A stretch of DNA of 42,530 bases, taken from positions 156,124 to 198,653 of the forward strand of contig NW_014577066.1 of the NCBI RefSeq assembly GCF_000485595.1, in the 5' to 3' direction. The DNA is from Priapulus caudatus. Lineage: Eukaryota. The notes below the pieces were generated by a model. That model searched no databases. It was given only the letters and a program-made list of their open reading frames with translations, and had not been told where the DNA came from. Position numbers and translations under genes: made by a program. Shown one piece after another: positions 25,463 to 38,179 of the stretch (positions within the stretch are counted from its first letter, which is position 1; each line of letters begins with the position of its first letter).

Positions 25463-26900
25463 TGTGTGCACGTGCGCACGTGCATGCGTGTGTGCGTGCG
25501 TGCGGGCGTGCGGGCGTGCGTGCGTGCTAGCAATCACAAGTCATAGTTTCTTCATCAATTCTGTGAGGGAAACCAGAACAAGAAGCTAAAACAGAAAACG
25601 CGCTAACCTATATTATCTGCCATCTGGGCTTGTTGTAAAAACATAATTCACCTGGACACCTACTCGATATTGATGATTATTTCAGTCGAGTTTACGGCAT
25701 GACTATGGGCTTGTGTGCTTGCCAATATATATTACAGCCATCTGTGCCTGTTATTAAAAATAATTTACCTGATCACACATAGCCTACTCGATATTAATTA
25801 TTATTTCAGTCGAGTTTACGGCATGACTATGGGCTTGTGTGCTTGCCAATATATATTACAGCCATCTGTGCCTGTTACTAAAAATAATTTACCTGATCAC
25901 ACATAGCCTACTCGATATTAATTAATATTTCAGTCGAGTTCACGGCATGACTATGTGCTTGTGTGCGTGCCAATATATATTACAGACATTTTGTTTAAAA
26001 AATCACCTGGTTACATAGCTACACACATAGCATGGTCACATAGCATGGACTCGATGTATTGATTATATCGGTCGTTACGACAAAACTATACAACCCTTAT
26101 CAATAAACGGAATTATCGTGTGAATAGGAAGTTGCTTGTATCGCCACTTTCACCTTGCGGCCTATGATACTCTATATGGAACGGGAGGAGGGGAGAAAGA
26201 GACACGATTCATGGGTGCTAAACTATCTTGTCTGTGAAATAGCATGTTGTTCATTCGACATGGACAGTACGACGGGTGGGTGTGGGGGGGGGGAGGGGAT
26301 GAATTTATTTCTATATAATACAGAGGAGGTAGAGGAGGAAAGGGAACAAATAGGCCACGGCCTGATTGCCTAGATATGGAGGGTGCAGTGCGCTCTCTCA
26401 TTACAGCCGTAGGTGGCAGCAGGAGTGTTGGGCGTGGATATCTAGTAGTGAGCGGAAAGCCGCGACCACTGTGGGCATGTCTCTGCTCCTACCTCATTCA
26501 ATGTAATAGAATTTTATGAGCCGTGCTTATAAGCAGCTGCTCTATCATCCAAAGTCATTGTCGAAATATATTTTGCAAAGAATCACGTGAACCCGTTATC
26601 ATGCCAATTGATTCAATGAAACGAATGTGAGGGAATGAGGGAATACAGACAAAGACGCAGATGCACATTACTCTTGCACCAACACACACTAACCCACCTG
26701 AACACGCATGCACGCATGTACACACGAACGCGCGGACGCACGCGCACATGTACGCACGTACTCCTGCACATGCAGTCACACACGCTTGCACCCACACACG
26801 TACGCGCACACTCCTACACACGCAGTCACACACACGCGCACGTACCCACGTACGCAGAGAGAGAGAGGAGGGGGGGGAAGGAGGGAGGATGGAGGGAGGG
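24010..26900. mobile_element. Same long-TIR element, copy 2, with only ~3 satellite units (25605-26010) and a ~130-bp deletion in the right TIR
   Basis: 24040-25620 matches 17830-19750 and 25980-26865 matches 22920-23940. The left TIR (24040-24367) is inverted relative to 26625-26822. Confidence 0.7.
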
Positions 26901-27169
26901 AGAGAGAAGGAGGGGGAGGCTCACTCGCTCACTCTCTCTCTCACTCTCGCTCACTCTCTCTTGTCTCCCTCATTCTTTCCACTCTCTCGTCTCTCTCTCT
27001 CTCCTCTCTCTCCTCTCTCTCTGCTCTCTCACTTCTTTGTCTCTCTCGCTCCTCTCTCTCTCCTACATTCCTCCCACTTTCTCCGTCTCCCACTTTCTCC
27101 TCTCCACTGGCCTCACGTCTCTCTCCAACTCGCTCTCCCTCGCCTTTTTGTCCATCGCTCTTCGCGTCT

Positions 27170-28065
27170 CCGCCACTCTCACTCTCACTCTTACTCTCAC
27201 CCACAACCACACCACACCCACACCCACACCACACCCACACCCACAACCCACACCCATACTACCGACACCACACCTACACCTACACCTACAGCCATGACCA
27301 CCTACACCTAACACCTAACACGTACACCTGACACCGTACACCGATGCACCTACACCTACATACCCTACACCTCGAACACGAGCGCGTGAGCACGTCCATC
27401 GCCTACAATCCGCCACACACTACCCTACACACACCTACACCCAGCAACCCACACCTCACACCACACCCAACACCCTAACTTTCACTCACTCACTCTAACT
27501 ATCACTTCCCCTTCTCTCTCTCCTCTCTTTCCTTCCCCTCCTCCTCTCTCTCTGCGATACGTGCGAATGGGTAAGCGTGGCGCGTATGTGTGACTTGCGG
27601 TCGTTAGTACGAGGGTGCGTGGGCCGGTCGCGGTCGGCTGTGTGCCCCGGGGCAGAGCCGTGACCGTTTGTGGCTTTCGTGGCCGGGGGGCGCGCGGCGT
27701 GTGGCAGGCGGGTTGTGTGGCGGGCGGGCCCTCGACCGCGGCTAGATACCGTGTGTGTACGTGTGTGACCTGCATTGTGCAGGAGCTACAGTGCGTACCA
27801 TGTGCGCGTTGCGTCCGCGCGTCTCGTGGGTGTACATGCGTCCGCCCCATGCGTGTTCCAGGTGTTGTGTTTAGTGGGGTGTGTTGGGTGCAAGAGAAAA
27901 TGTGCATCTGCCGTCTCTGTGTGTCCTCCTCACTCCCTCACGGTGTCTGAGCGTATACACGTGTTTCTGGTGGGGGCGACCGCCGTCATTTTGTTACGCT
28001 TCTCTGCTCCGCTGTTGCCTGCATCAATGCTACATCGATTTCCGTAAAATGAACATTTTCAGTCT
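27170..28065 (-). repeat. Error-rich inverted copy of the TIR/junction region 23590-24030
   Basis: CACCCTAACTTTCACTC at 27471 is the reverse complement of GAGTGAAAGTTAGGGTG at ~24000. Similarity continues to ACATCGATTTCCGTAAA at ~28030-28050. Confidence 0.75.
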
Positions 28066-29672
28066 CGCCGCTGCTAGGAGCCGCGTATCACCGGCGGGTT
28101 CTCCCAATCGAGTAGCAAGAGCGAAATGCCTGTCTCAAGGTATGATTTCGATCTCCGCATTTGTTATCATATTACTCGTCCTCATTACAGTGCCAATGGG
28201 CGTGTGCGCTGGCGGGATGATGCTCGCTACCGCAATTCAGCCTTGTAGCGTGTATTGGGGCTGTGTCTGGACCGTGTCCGGGCACGCTGGCGTGGCTGGC
28301 CCGCGTGCAGGGCCCCCCTGTGTGGTCGCGGCCAGTGCCAGTGGTGTACGGTCTATGTGTGGCGCGCTTGACAATTGTTGTTTAGCGCGCGCGGGCTGCG
28401 GCCGCCTTGTAGAGATCCCGTGAGCGCGCGCGTGTGTTACGCGTGTGTATGTGTGGCGGCTGGTGTGTGCTGGGCGTGTGTGGGCGTGCGGCCGTAGTGT
28501 ACCGTGTTATGGTGGGCGCGTTGTGTCATGGTCGATACGCGGCGGGTTGTGTGTGGCGGCGCGCGCTCTGTGCGTGTTACCTATGTGCACATTGAACCGG
28601 GGCTCTCTTCGTTGCTATTATTTTAATCATTGAACGAGCGCGTAAATCTTTATATGACAGACGAACACTACCGAAAGCGCTCAGCAATAAAAACAAAAAC
28701 AGAGTTCGCCGTTAATTTCGCACTTTTACTTCGTAGCTACTAATATTCGTAGCGCGCGCTTATCGTACGAGCAGCAGGATACAGAAGTTCTTGCAAGGCA
28801 AGCTCGGCTGCTCTCGTCCCGTATCCTCAAAGAGCTCCGTGTTTGCTGATTAGACGTATAGATCTCAAGCACTATATAGCATTTCGGGGAGATTATTTTT
28901 GCGTGTGATGTTGATCACATTTATGTAACACACGGTAGCGTTATGGCACCGCTTCCCATGCATAGCCTTGCGATACGGTTAAAGCACAAAGAGGGTTGAT
29001 TGGTGTGCTATAGCAAATTCATATATATGCATAAGGCCCGCACTAGACTATTAGTTATATATATTAGAGTTTTAGTAATCAGTGGGCCTTATCCTTCAAT
29101 AGGTGAAGCGAAGAATAATTTATAGTCAATGTGTTTTGTGTTATGCGATACTGGTAGTTCTATCCATGTGCTGGAAATTTTTTAGCTTTGTTGGCACAGA
29201 GCCAACATGGGGCGTTCGGAATTTTTAATTAGCCAGCATTTGATGATATAACGTGGCCAGCGCACTTGCTTTAATATTTGGCTAGATTCATGGTGATAGT
29301 TCTTTGTTAGTTGCCATGAATCCATTTTGATGTACTTCGGCGATTATAAGGATCACGTATAGAAAGTCAAGGTCAAGGGCACTTCGGCTTCAAATTACCT
29401 ATTTTACTCAACCGGTAAACTGATGAATTACGTGTACAATGCTAGAATGTCCATGCATAGGAAGCAGCGCTTGCTGAATGAAGCATCGAACAGATTAATT
29501 AAAAAGTACTCATACCTTGCTCGCCTCTTTGTCGATACACAACAACACTATATTCATGGTTAAATAATCACGGATTAAGCTATCTCCGCTACTAAGCTGT
29601 TCGCAGCTGCTATGGCGTAGTTGCTACAGAGTGTTGAGCCGTTCAAACCACCAAGAAAGGGCCGACGGCACC

Positions 29673-31905
29673 ATGGCCGCCATTTGCGGAAAGGTAACAA
29701 TTCCACGACAAGCCAATCTTTCTGCTAATGCTAATTGTAGAGTCTCACGCGCATCTAACGTTGCGTTGCATATTGAAATTCAGTGCACGCTCTAGGTAGC
29801 GCGATGTTAAACGGAGAAAAAAAATAAGACGCAAAAAATATTCCTATTTTTTATGACAAAGGTAGTCGGCACATTTGGTGAACAATGTGGGAGGCTATTT
29901 GTCTATTGATACCCATAATAAATAAGTAAGTGCCATAAGGATGGTTGTCGGATGACGCGGGCACCACGATGCGCCGACCGTAAGAGCGAAACATAAACTA
30001 AGAAAATTGCATACAAATTGTCCATGATGGCTCAGAACATGGCGTCACTCAGTACTCTGTTCTGCTGTGTAGGATAGAAGAGGCCTCTCTAGATATCGGT
30101 CTTGCTCTGGACTGAGTGGGCCCCGGACGGCCCTGTCCTTCACCGCCACGGTGATTTACAAAGTTGTAGCGGCACCTCCCCCTAGTGGGATTAAATACAA
30201 AACATGAATACAGTTATGGGAATGCAGCTGGGATTCGCTTATTAATTATACGGTGGGCAACGTGACTGACTTAACAGCGTTTGTCTGTAAGATGGCATCG
30301 TAATGTTGAAATTGTTGGCATATTGAAAGCGCACGAAAACTATTAATAAAACTGAAATACCATAATTACGTCAATGACTACCCACCGCATGCACTACATG
30401 TTTACTCGTGACGATGCCGATCGCAATCCATTGCGTTGAATACAATCCGTGCCTCAAACTCCCAATGGACGCCCGTGTATTCAAGGCACATCCATAACAT
30501 AAACCCCATGCCTCGATAGCGAACGCATAAGAGCCAGAGTATGATCGATGCACGAGTTTAGCTGACTGCTTGATACATGGTCGTTGGATCGAATCCGTCT
30601 GTTTTTTGTTGTTTTCTGTATTTTGCGTTTCTCCATACTTACGGTTGGTGCAAGCAGATGCGTGATATTGTTCGTACAGCGCACCGCAGCAGATCGTACC
30701 GATGTTTATTGTAGCGAATTTCGACCGCTGTTAAACATAACTTCTAGCATGCGTTCAGATTACTTCAACTTGAGAGAACGTACGTTCGTAGGCCACGTGT
30801 AGCCACGGATTGGAAAGGAAAGCCTTGGCTGCACACTGTGACTATTAGTTTAATTGACGTGAACTGCAGGTCACAGTGGGGTCACATGACATGTAACCAC
30901 GTGGCTGTCCACGGCTGGTATAAGCTGCGGCGTCAGCTCCAAAGCCACAGAGCCAGCTTGGCTGCGAGTCGGAGCAAGCTCGCAGCATCCACTGCTCTCT
31001 AGCTGTGCGGCTTGTCCGCCCTGCAGCTCATGTAGGTGTAGCGGAGCCGTCAAAAGTCTACGCAAGGATACGCAAGCGCAGGACCGATGATCACGCGCTT
31101 GGATACCCTTCCTGACGCTGGATGATACAGGCGCGGAGCAGCTCGGGCTGCAGTTCAGGGGAGCTCGACCCTCTCAATGGCTCGCGCGACGGCGCAGCAG
31201 CACCGGTACGGCACCTAATAAACAGTGCTGTGTCTATCAGAAGTGTGTCATCACTGTAAAGTAGGAGCACGCTTTAGCGTCTGCCGAACACAACATCAGT
31301 ACACAAATTACAGTACCCCTAGCTGATGCGGTCACGTGAAACATTGCGCTATTTGACTTTGCGCGATGGCGTCGTGCATTTACTGTTTGCTAGTGAATGT
31401 AGACCCGCTAAAATTCGAGATGTTCGCTGGCAGCATTATCGTGTGCGCCGACCTTTTCGATTTGGCGTCACGGCATCACATAGACTGCCCAGCGCGTGTG
31501 ATGTACTTTCGTAGGAGGTTCCGCGGTCGCGTGCGCCTTGCCGCTCGAACTGCCAGAGATTCGCCTTGGGGGCAGGATCAACACCTCTGGTCAGCGACGC
31601 TGTTCTCTGGTTATCCGGTTTTATCTGGATAGGAGCGCTGGTGCCGGCGGTGGCTATACAGATTGGGGCCTTAGGTTACGCACAACATGATCCCACAGCG
31701 ATTCGCTGAAGCGCTGGTAGCTGGTGTCGCAGCTGCATGATCCACCGCGCTTGCAACAGATACTGGAAACCAAGCACAGCCACTCAGTCGCCGTAGTTAC
31801 AAAATGCCTGCGAAAATTAAAAAATGCGTTCTTTAATGCCATACATCTTGTTACATGCAACACTAAACATCACTACTCATTATCTATTAGGCTTATGAAA
31901 TAAAT
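29673..31905 (+). CDS. Unidentified 4-exon gene candidate (29673-29693, 30073-30150, 30870-31205, 31515-end), frame-disrupted in this assembly
   Basis: GGCACCATGG start context; donors AAG|GTAACA, ACG|GTGATT, CCG|GTACGG; acceptors GTGTAG, CTGCAG, TTTCGTAG; GC-rich exon-like blocks in AT-richer spacers; AATAAA at ~31898. No continuous ORF. Confidence 0.4.
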
Positions 31906-32384
31906 GGTCACGGGCTGTAATGGAATGATACAAATTAGCTATTCAGAACGGTGATTCGTTCTACGAACGTAACTTTTAATAATTTCACGCAGGCATGCGC
32001 TTCGTGTACAGTGAGCATTTTGAATTATATTTCCATATATTCATGCAAATTTTCAAACACTTATTTATTATTCATATTCTATTTTCATTGCTTATGAATA
32101 GGCTGTTAGTTTAGTTGCGGGCTTAGTGCCTTTCATAATAGAGCCAAAATATTTTAATAGTTAAAGGTTTTTTTTTATCTGTATTTATATCCATGTTGGA
32201 AGATTTTGCTTTGGTAGGCACAGCGTCAGCATCATCTTAGCAGCGATTCCGGTACACGTTCGGCAGTGTACGAAACCGTTAAGCCAGGGCTTTTGCCACA
32301 GTTCTAAGTTGAGGGTCGGTGTCTGGCGTTAAGGAAGAGATACCACACCGAATCATAGAAACCAGCGGCCAAGATCAGCTCTTG

Positions 32385-32750
32385 ATTCTAGTATGTACCT
32401 CTAGGCTCTATTTCGTTTCTAGTTTGTATCTTATCAAGTCTATGGTCGTATTTCTAGTTTGTATTAGTCTCATGTCGTATTCTAGTTCGTATCTAGTTTC
32501 ATGTCGTATTTCGTAGTAGTATGTATCTCATGTGTATATCTAGTTTGCTATCATTCTCATGTCGTATTCTAGGTTATCGTATCTAGTCTCACGTCGTATT
32601 CTAGTCGTATAATCTAGTCGATCATGGTCGATATTCTAGTATGTAACTAGTCTCATATTCGTATTCTAGTTTGTAATCTATTCTTTATTTCGTATTTAGT
32701 TTCGTTATCTATTCAGCGTAGTTTCTAGTCGGTTCTAGTATTATTTTCGT
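32385..32750. repeat. Degenerate ~29-bp minisatellite
   Basis: Variants of TCTAGTTTGTATCTAGTCTCATGTCGTAT repeated in tandem. Confidence 0.85.
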
Positions 32751-33480
32751 ATCAGATACACGTAATCGCAAGTGGCGACGCAGGCTGAGCGCAAGCGACT
32801 GACGCTGCGTCTCGTCGGGTCCTGTGCTGCACGTGCGGCATGACGTCGGCAGCCGTATCGACTCGGATCTTTAAGTTTCTACGACAATGTTCGCGCTCGC
32901 CGGATTGGCAGTCATCGACCTCTGCTAGCGGATTTTTCCGTGCGGGAGCAATGGGCGGAGCTCAGGCAGTATCCCCGTGTTCGGAGTACGCGCATGGATG
33001 ATGTATCAATAAACAAAAGGAGCATTCTACATGCCGAATGCCGCTGGTGCTGCAGTTGAGCGAGCGATACACAGGTATATACATAATATAGTGATAAATA
33101 ATAAATATAATTTAACTATATATACATACTATAATATAATACAATGATAAAATAAGTATAAATTTATAATATATTAATATTAGTTCAATATATATATATA
33201 TGATGAGGCCCCTATTAGGTATATCAGACGGTTATTAGAATATCAGGAGATTTGCCCGTCATTTATCTTTACATCGTGGAGTTTTTCGACGATATGTCAC
33301 GATAGTTTAAGACGATCCAAACAACTTTATCGAATAAGATGGCGCGTGCTTTGTAATGCCCAGATGTTGATCCCATGTTCTGGAAGTCAGCTAACCGGCA
33401 GCGCAATGTTACATATCTCCTGCCACACTTTACGAGTTCCCCTATATATCACAGACAACCCGCTGTGATGNNNNNNNNNN

Positions 33481-33800
33481 AGAGAGAGTGAGAGAGAGAG
33501 TGAGCGAGTGAGCGAGAGTGAGAAGAAGAGCAAAAGAGAAAGAAGAGAAAAGAGAAAAGAGAAAGAGAGAGTGAGAGAGAGAGAAAGTGAACGAGAGCGA
33601 GAAGGAGAGCAAAAGAGAGAGAAGTGAAAAAAGAAAGAGAGAGTGAGAGAAAGTGAGCGAGAGCGAGAATGAGAGCAAAAGAGAGAGAGAGAGAAGAGAA
33701 AGAAGAAAGAGATAGTAAGAGAGAGAGTGAGCGAGAGCGAGAAGGAGAGCAAAAGAGAGAAAAGAGAAAAGAGAAAGAGAGAGGATGAGCGCGAGAGCCA
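33481..33800. repeat. GA-rich low-complexity tract after a 10-N gap
   Basis: Direct inspection. Confidence 0.9.
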
Positions 33801-33949
33801 CAGCTATATCAAGAGCATAGCTTCCTACAAACAAACACAAACATAAACATTAAAACTGAAACACTGACACACCAACATTTTGTTTCCATTTCCCTTTACA
33901 TTTCCTAAACGTAGGGGAAAGGGGGCTAATTGCCAACGACAGATAACAC

Positions 33950-35390
33950 TTTTTTTCTTACAGGTATGATCTCACAGTCACCGTAAAGAGATATCTCATT
34001 ATCACTGCTGTGGATGCAGAACAGTCAGAATGTGGGCAAACAGACGTGCACACGCATACACGCGCAGTTTTCACGGACACACTCACCAACGCATGTGGAC
34101 TGACAGACGTGCACACACAGATGCACGCAGGTTCCTGGACACACGGACCAACGCATGCACGTAAGCAGCATATGCAGGTAGGTTTGGATAATCGGAAAAT
34201 AATTAGAATACTGTGGAAGCAAATGCTACGAAATGGTAGAAAGTTAGAGATACAGACTGATAGATAGATAGGGAAAGAGAGAGAAAGAGGGAGAAATGGG
34301 TTATAGTTATTGGAGATGTTGCTGTTTTCTCACAGGTATGATCTCACAGTCACCGTAAAGAAAGACATCTCATTATCACTGGTAGATGCAGAACAGACTG
34401 ACTGTGGGCAGACAGACGCGCGCAGGTTCCCAGACACACGCACCAACGCATGCATGTAAGCAGCATATATGCAGGTAGGTTTGGATAATCGAAAATAATT
34501 AGAATACTGTGGAAGCGGAGTGAAGAAACAGTGGAAAGGTAGAGAGACATACTGTTAGATAGAGAGGGAGAGACATAGACTGATAGATAGAGAAAGATGG
34601 CAAGAGAGCAAGGGAGCGAGAGAGCCACATATATATAGAACATAAGATTCAAACTTGTAAACAAACACAAACAATACGAGCAATAATTAGAACGTTATTG
34701 TAAACGTGAATTTATTTTGTGTGATGGCACACAGTATTAAAAATAGTAGCAGTAGAAAACACAGGATTTAATCATTGTATTCGTAAACCAATATATTAGT
34801 TAGTTAACTGTAGATGTTGCTGTTTCCTCACAGGTATGATCTCACAGTCACCGTAATGAGACATCTCATTATCACTGGTGGATGCAAAACAGACGGATTG
34901 TAGACAGACAGACGTGAACACGCGCAGGTTCCCGGACACACGCACCAACGCATGCATGTAAGCATATAGGCAGTAAGATTTAGATAATTGGAAAGAATTA
35001 AGAAACCGTGAAAGCAGCGTGCAAGAAACGGTAGAAGCTAGAGAGACAGACTGATAGATAGAGAGCGTGAGAAACAGACAAAAAGGTAGAAAGGTAGAGA
35101 GACAGATAGATAGATAGAGAACGTGAGAAACAGAAACAAAGATAGAAATGTAGAGAGGCAAACTGATAGATAGAGAGGCTGACAGATGTTACAGATCTAT
35201 TGTTAGTTATTGTTCATTACCAAAAATATAAGCTTATTTACAGAAGATGTTTCTTGTGGTAGGTAGGATCCTGCAGCCACTGTATGGAGGTATCATGACC
35301 ACTGTTGGATGTAGAACGCAGCCACTGGAGGACGACAATGAAGCTATATGTGGTTGGATAATCGGTAATGTCAGATAATGTGGAAGAGGC
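33950..35390 (+). repeat. Three to four tandem ~370-500-bp duplicated units
   Basis: ACAGGTATGATCTCACAGTCACCGTAA at ~33960, 34332 and 34830, with a diverged copy at ~35260. Shared G-TTGGATAATCG block. Confidence 0.85.
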
Positions 35391-37095
35391 GGTAAGAGTG
35401 AAACAAGTTTCAGTAAACGTGTGAAATCTGGTTCATTATTAACTATTCTGCAGAATAATACGGTACGGAACTATTGTTAGCTATTGTTTAAAAAGGGATT
35501 GCTACGTCAATGGCGGTATGTGACGCATTGTCAAACGGCATGATATTTGTAAAATTTGTATGTATGTGTGCGCAGTACAACTCTGTACGGTACATGTATA
35601 TGTCCTGCATATATCACATTATATCGATTGGCTGTCGAATAAAACCGAGTGTCAGATGGCTAATGATCATCGATAATTGAGACTGGAGGATGAACCAGTC
35701 GTAGAAGAAAGCAGTAAATAAACGGTTCACTATGTTATGACTTCTGGTTATTTATAAACAAATACGACACAACACGCACACGTGCACGTAGCAATGGAAT
35801 AATTTACAATAACAGTTAGTCTATGTAAAAGCAAATCGTTAGCATATAACATCGTAGATCAGTGGTCACAATTGACTGCATTGAAATTATCATATAATCA
35901 TTTTTGATAGCTTACACACACACACCAAGACAAACACAAATTGACCCGCGCGCCCCCCCCCCCCCCCCCCCCCNNNNNNNNNNNNNNNNNNNNNNNNNNN
36001 NNNNNNNNNNNNNNNNNNNNNNNNNNNNNNNNNNNNNNNNNNNNNNNNNNNNNNNNNNNNNNNNNNNNNNNNNNNNNNNNNNNNNNNNNNNNNNNNNNNN
36101 NNNNNNNNNNNNNNNNNNNNNNNNNNNNNNNNNNNNNNNNNNNNNNNNNNNNNNNNNNNNNNNNNNNNNNNNNNNNNNNNNNNNNNNNNNNNNNNNNNNN
36201 NNNNNNNNNNNNNNNNNNNNNNNNNNNNNNNNNNNNNNNNNNNNNNNNNNNNNNNNNNNNNNNNNNNNNNNNNNNNNNNNNNNNNNNNNNNNNNNNNNNN
36301 NNNNNNNNNNNNNNNNNNNNNNNNNNNNNNNNNNNNNNNNNNNNNNNNNNNNNNNNNNNNNNNNNNNNNNNNNNNNNNNNNNNNNNNNNNNNNNNNNNNN
36401 NNNNNNNNNNNNNNNNNNNNNNNNNNNNNNNNNNNNNNNNNNNNNNNNNNNNNNNNNNNNNNNNNNNNNNNNNNNNNNNNNNNNNNNNNNNNNNNNNNNN
36501 NNNNNNNNNNNNNNNNNNNNNNNNNNNNNNNNNNNNNNNNNNNNNNNNNNNNNNNNNNNNNNNNNNNNNNNNNNNNNNNNNNNNNNNNNNNNNNNNNNNN
36601 NNNNNNNNNNNNNNNNNNNNNNNNNNNNNNNNNNNNNNNNNNNNNNNNNNNNNNNNNNNNNNNNNNNNNNNNNNNNATATACCCTAGATTAAAAATATCA
36701 TTGCAACAAAATTATTTTCAATCATTTGATGAAGGCTGTTTATATCATGTATTGTTTCCGTTTACACTTCTTATAGGAAATGACGATCTAGACGTAAAAG
36801 TAAAATGTGCTATAGGGAATCTTTCGGTGCGATTGTACGTGGCCGCGGTAACGGAAACCGTAATGTAGGTCGTTGGCTCTGCAGATAGTTCACCGTGTGC
36901 GGCGGGCTTAAAGTAAACAACACGCCGGACAATGGTTCGCTCCTGTCTTTTTGGTGGGAAGTATTCCACTTGTAGTGCCGGCTTCTGTCACGAGGCGGCA
37001 GTAGCGTCCAGTCATGAATTTGAGCGTAAATATATTGGCGATTATGGCAATGCGTCTAACACTGTTGTGAAGTTAACTTTCGATTTATGTAGTTA

Positions 37096-37591
37096 CTAGC
37101 AGGACACCCGGCGTTGCCCGGGAAATAAAGCGCTCAGTTGGTGACCACTTGATTGAAAGAAAAATACCCAAAAATCTATCTATCTATCTACCCATCTATC
37201 TATCTATCTATATGTATCTATGTATCTATGTATCTATGTATCTATCTATCTATATGTATCTATGTATCGATCCATCTGTCTATCTATCTATCTATCTATC
37301 TATCTATCCCACTCTATAGTCTATAATAGTGCTACGTATAGTCTTGCACACTCTGTTGTTACAACAATGACATGACAGTCATGCAAGCCAGTGCAAAGTG
37401 AATCCCGTCTTGATTGAACGCTGCTGCAGGGGCATGATTTTTTCATCATTTTTTTGTTTTCATTTTTTTATTTTTTCAACTTAATAGCGACGGCTATAGA
37501 AATCGCTAGACGTTACCCAGTATTATACGAACAAAAACTAACGAAGAAAAAATACAATCGATATGTGATGATCAGATATATATATTATAGA
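37096..37591 (-). mobile_element. Non-autonomous Helitron, 496 bp
   Basis: On the minus strand it begins TCTATAATATA after an A and ends with the hairpin CCCGGGCAACGCCGGG followed by CTAG before a T (A|T insertion site, no TSD); internal (ATCT)n microsatellite. Confidence 0.85.
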
Positions 37592-38179
37592 TCTAGTCAA
37601 AATATTCCCTAATCTTAGAAATAGTAAAGCGAAACATTAATTTACTTTGCATCACTCGTGACATGTTATTGCGACGTGTATTTACTGGTCGTACTTGATT
37701 TGATATACAGCTAGACACATCATGAAGCATTCATATCACCACTTATTGGCTATATTTTAATTTTATTATTGGTAAGTCTGCTAGCGCATAGTGTGATTAC
37801 TGAAGAAAGGCATCGGGATAGATATTTACTGTCAAGTTACTGTAAGGACTGTTTGCTCAGCATTTTAAGTGCATAATTTCATCAAAACTATGGTTTTATT
37901 TGGCAGATACCTGACTGAGTTAACTCTGGTCTATATCCCTGCTACAACTAGATTTGCTACGACCAGTTAACGATCCGGATAGATATCCTTCATATCACAA
38001 CTGCCGCTCTGTATGCGTTCTATAAATCAAAACAATAATGTGAAAAAAATACTATCGATTTGCTAAATACGACAGTATGCGGCTTAAGTATTGAGCACGC
38101 TTTAAAAAATATTTAGCCGAGAGATAGCAGGACAGTGTCACATTTGGCTACAAATGTGTCAGTATGTCTGAGCATTATA

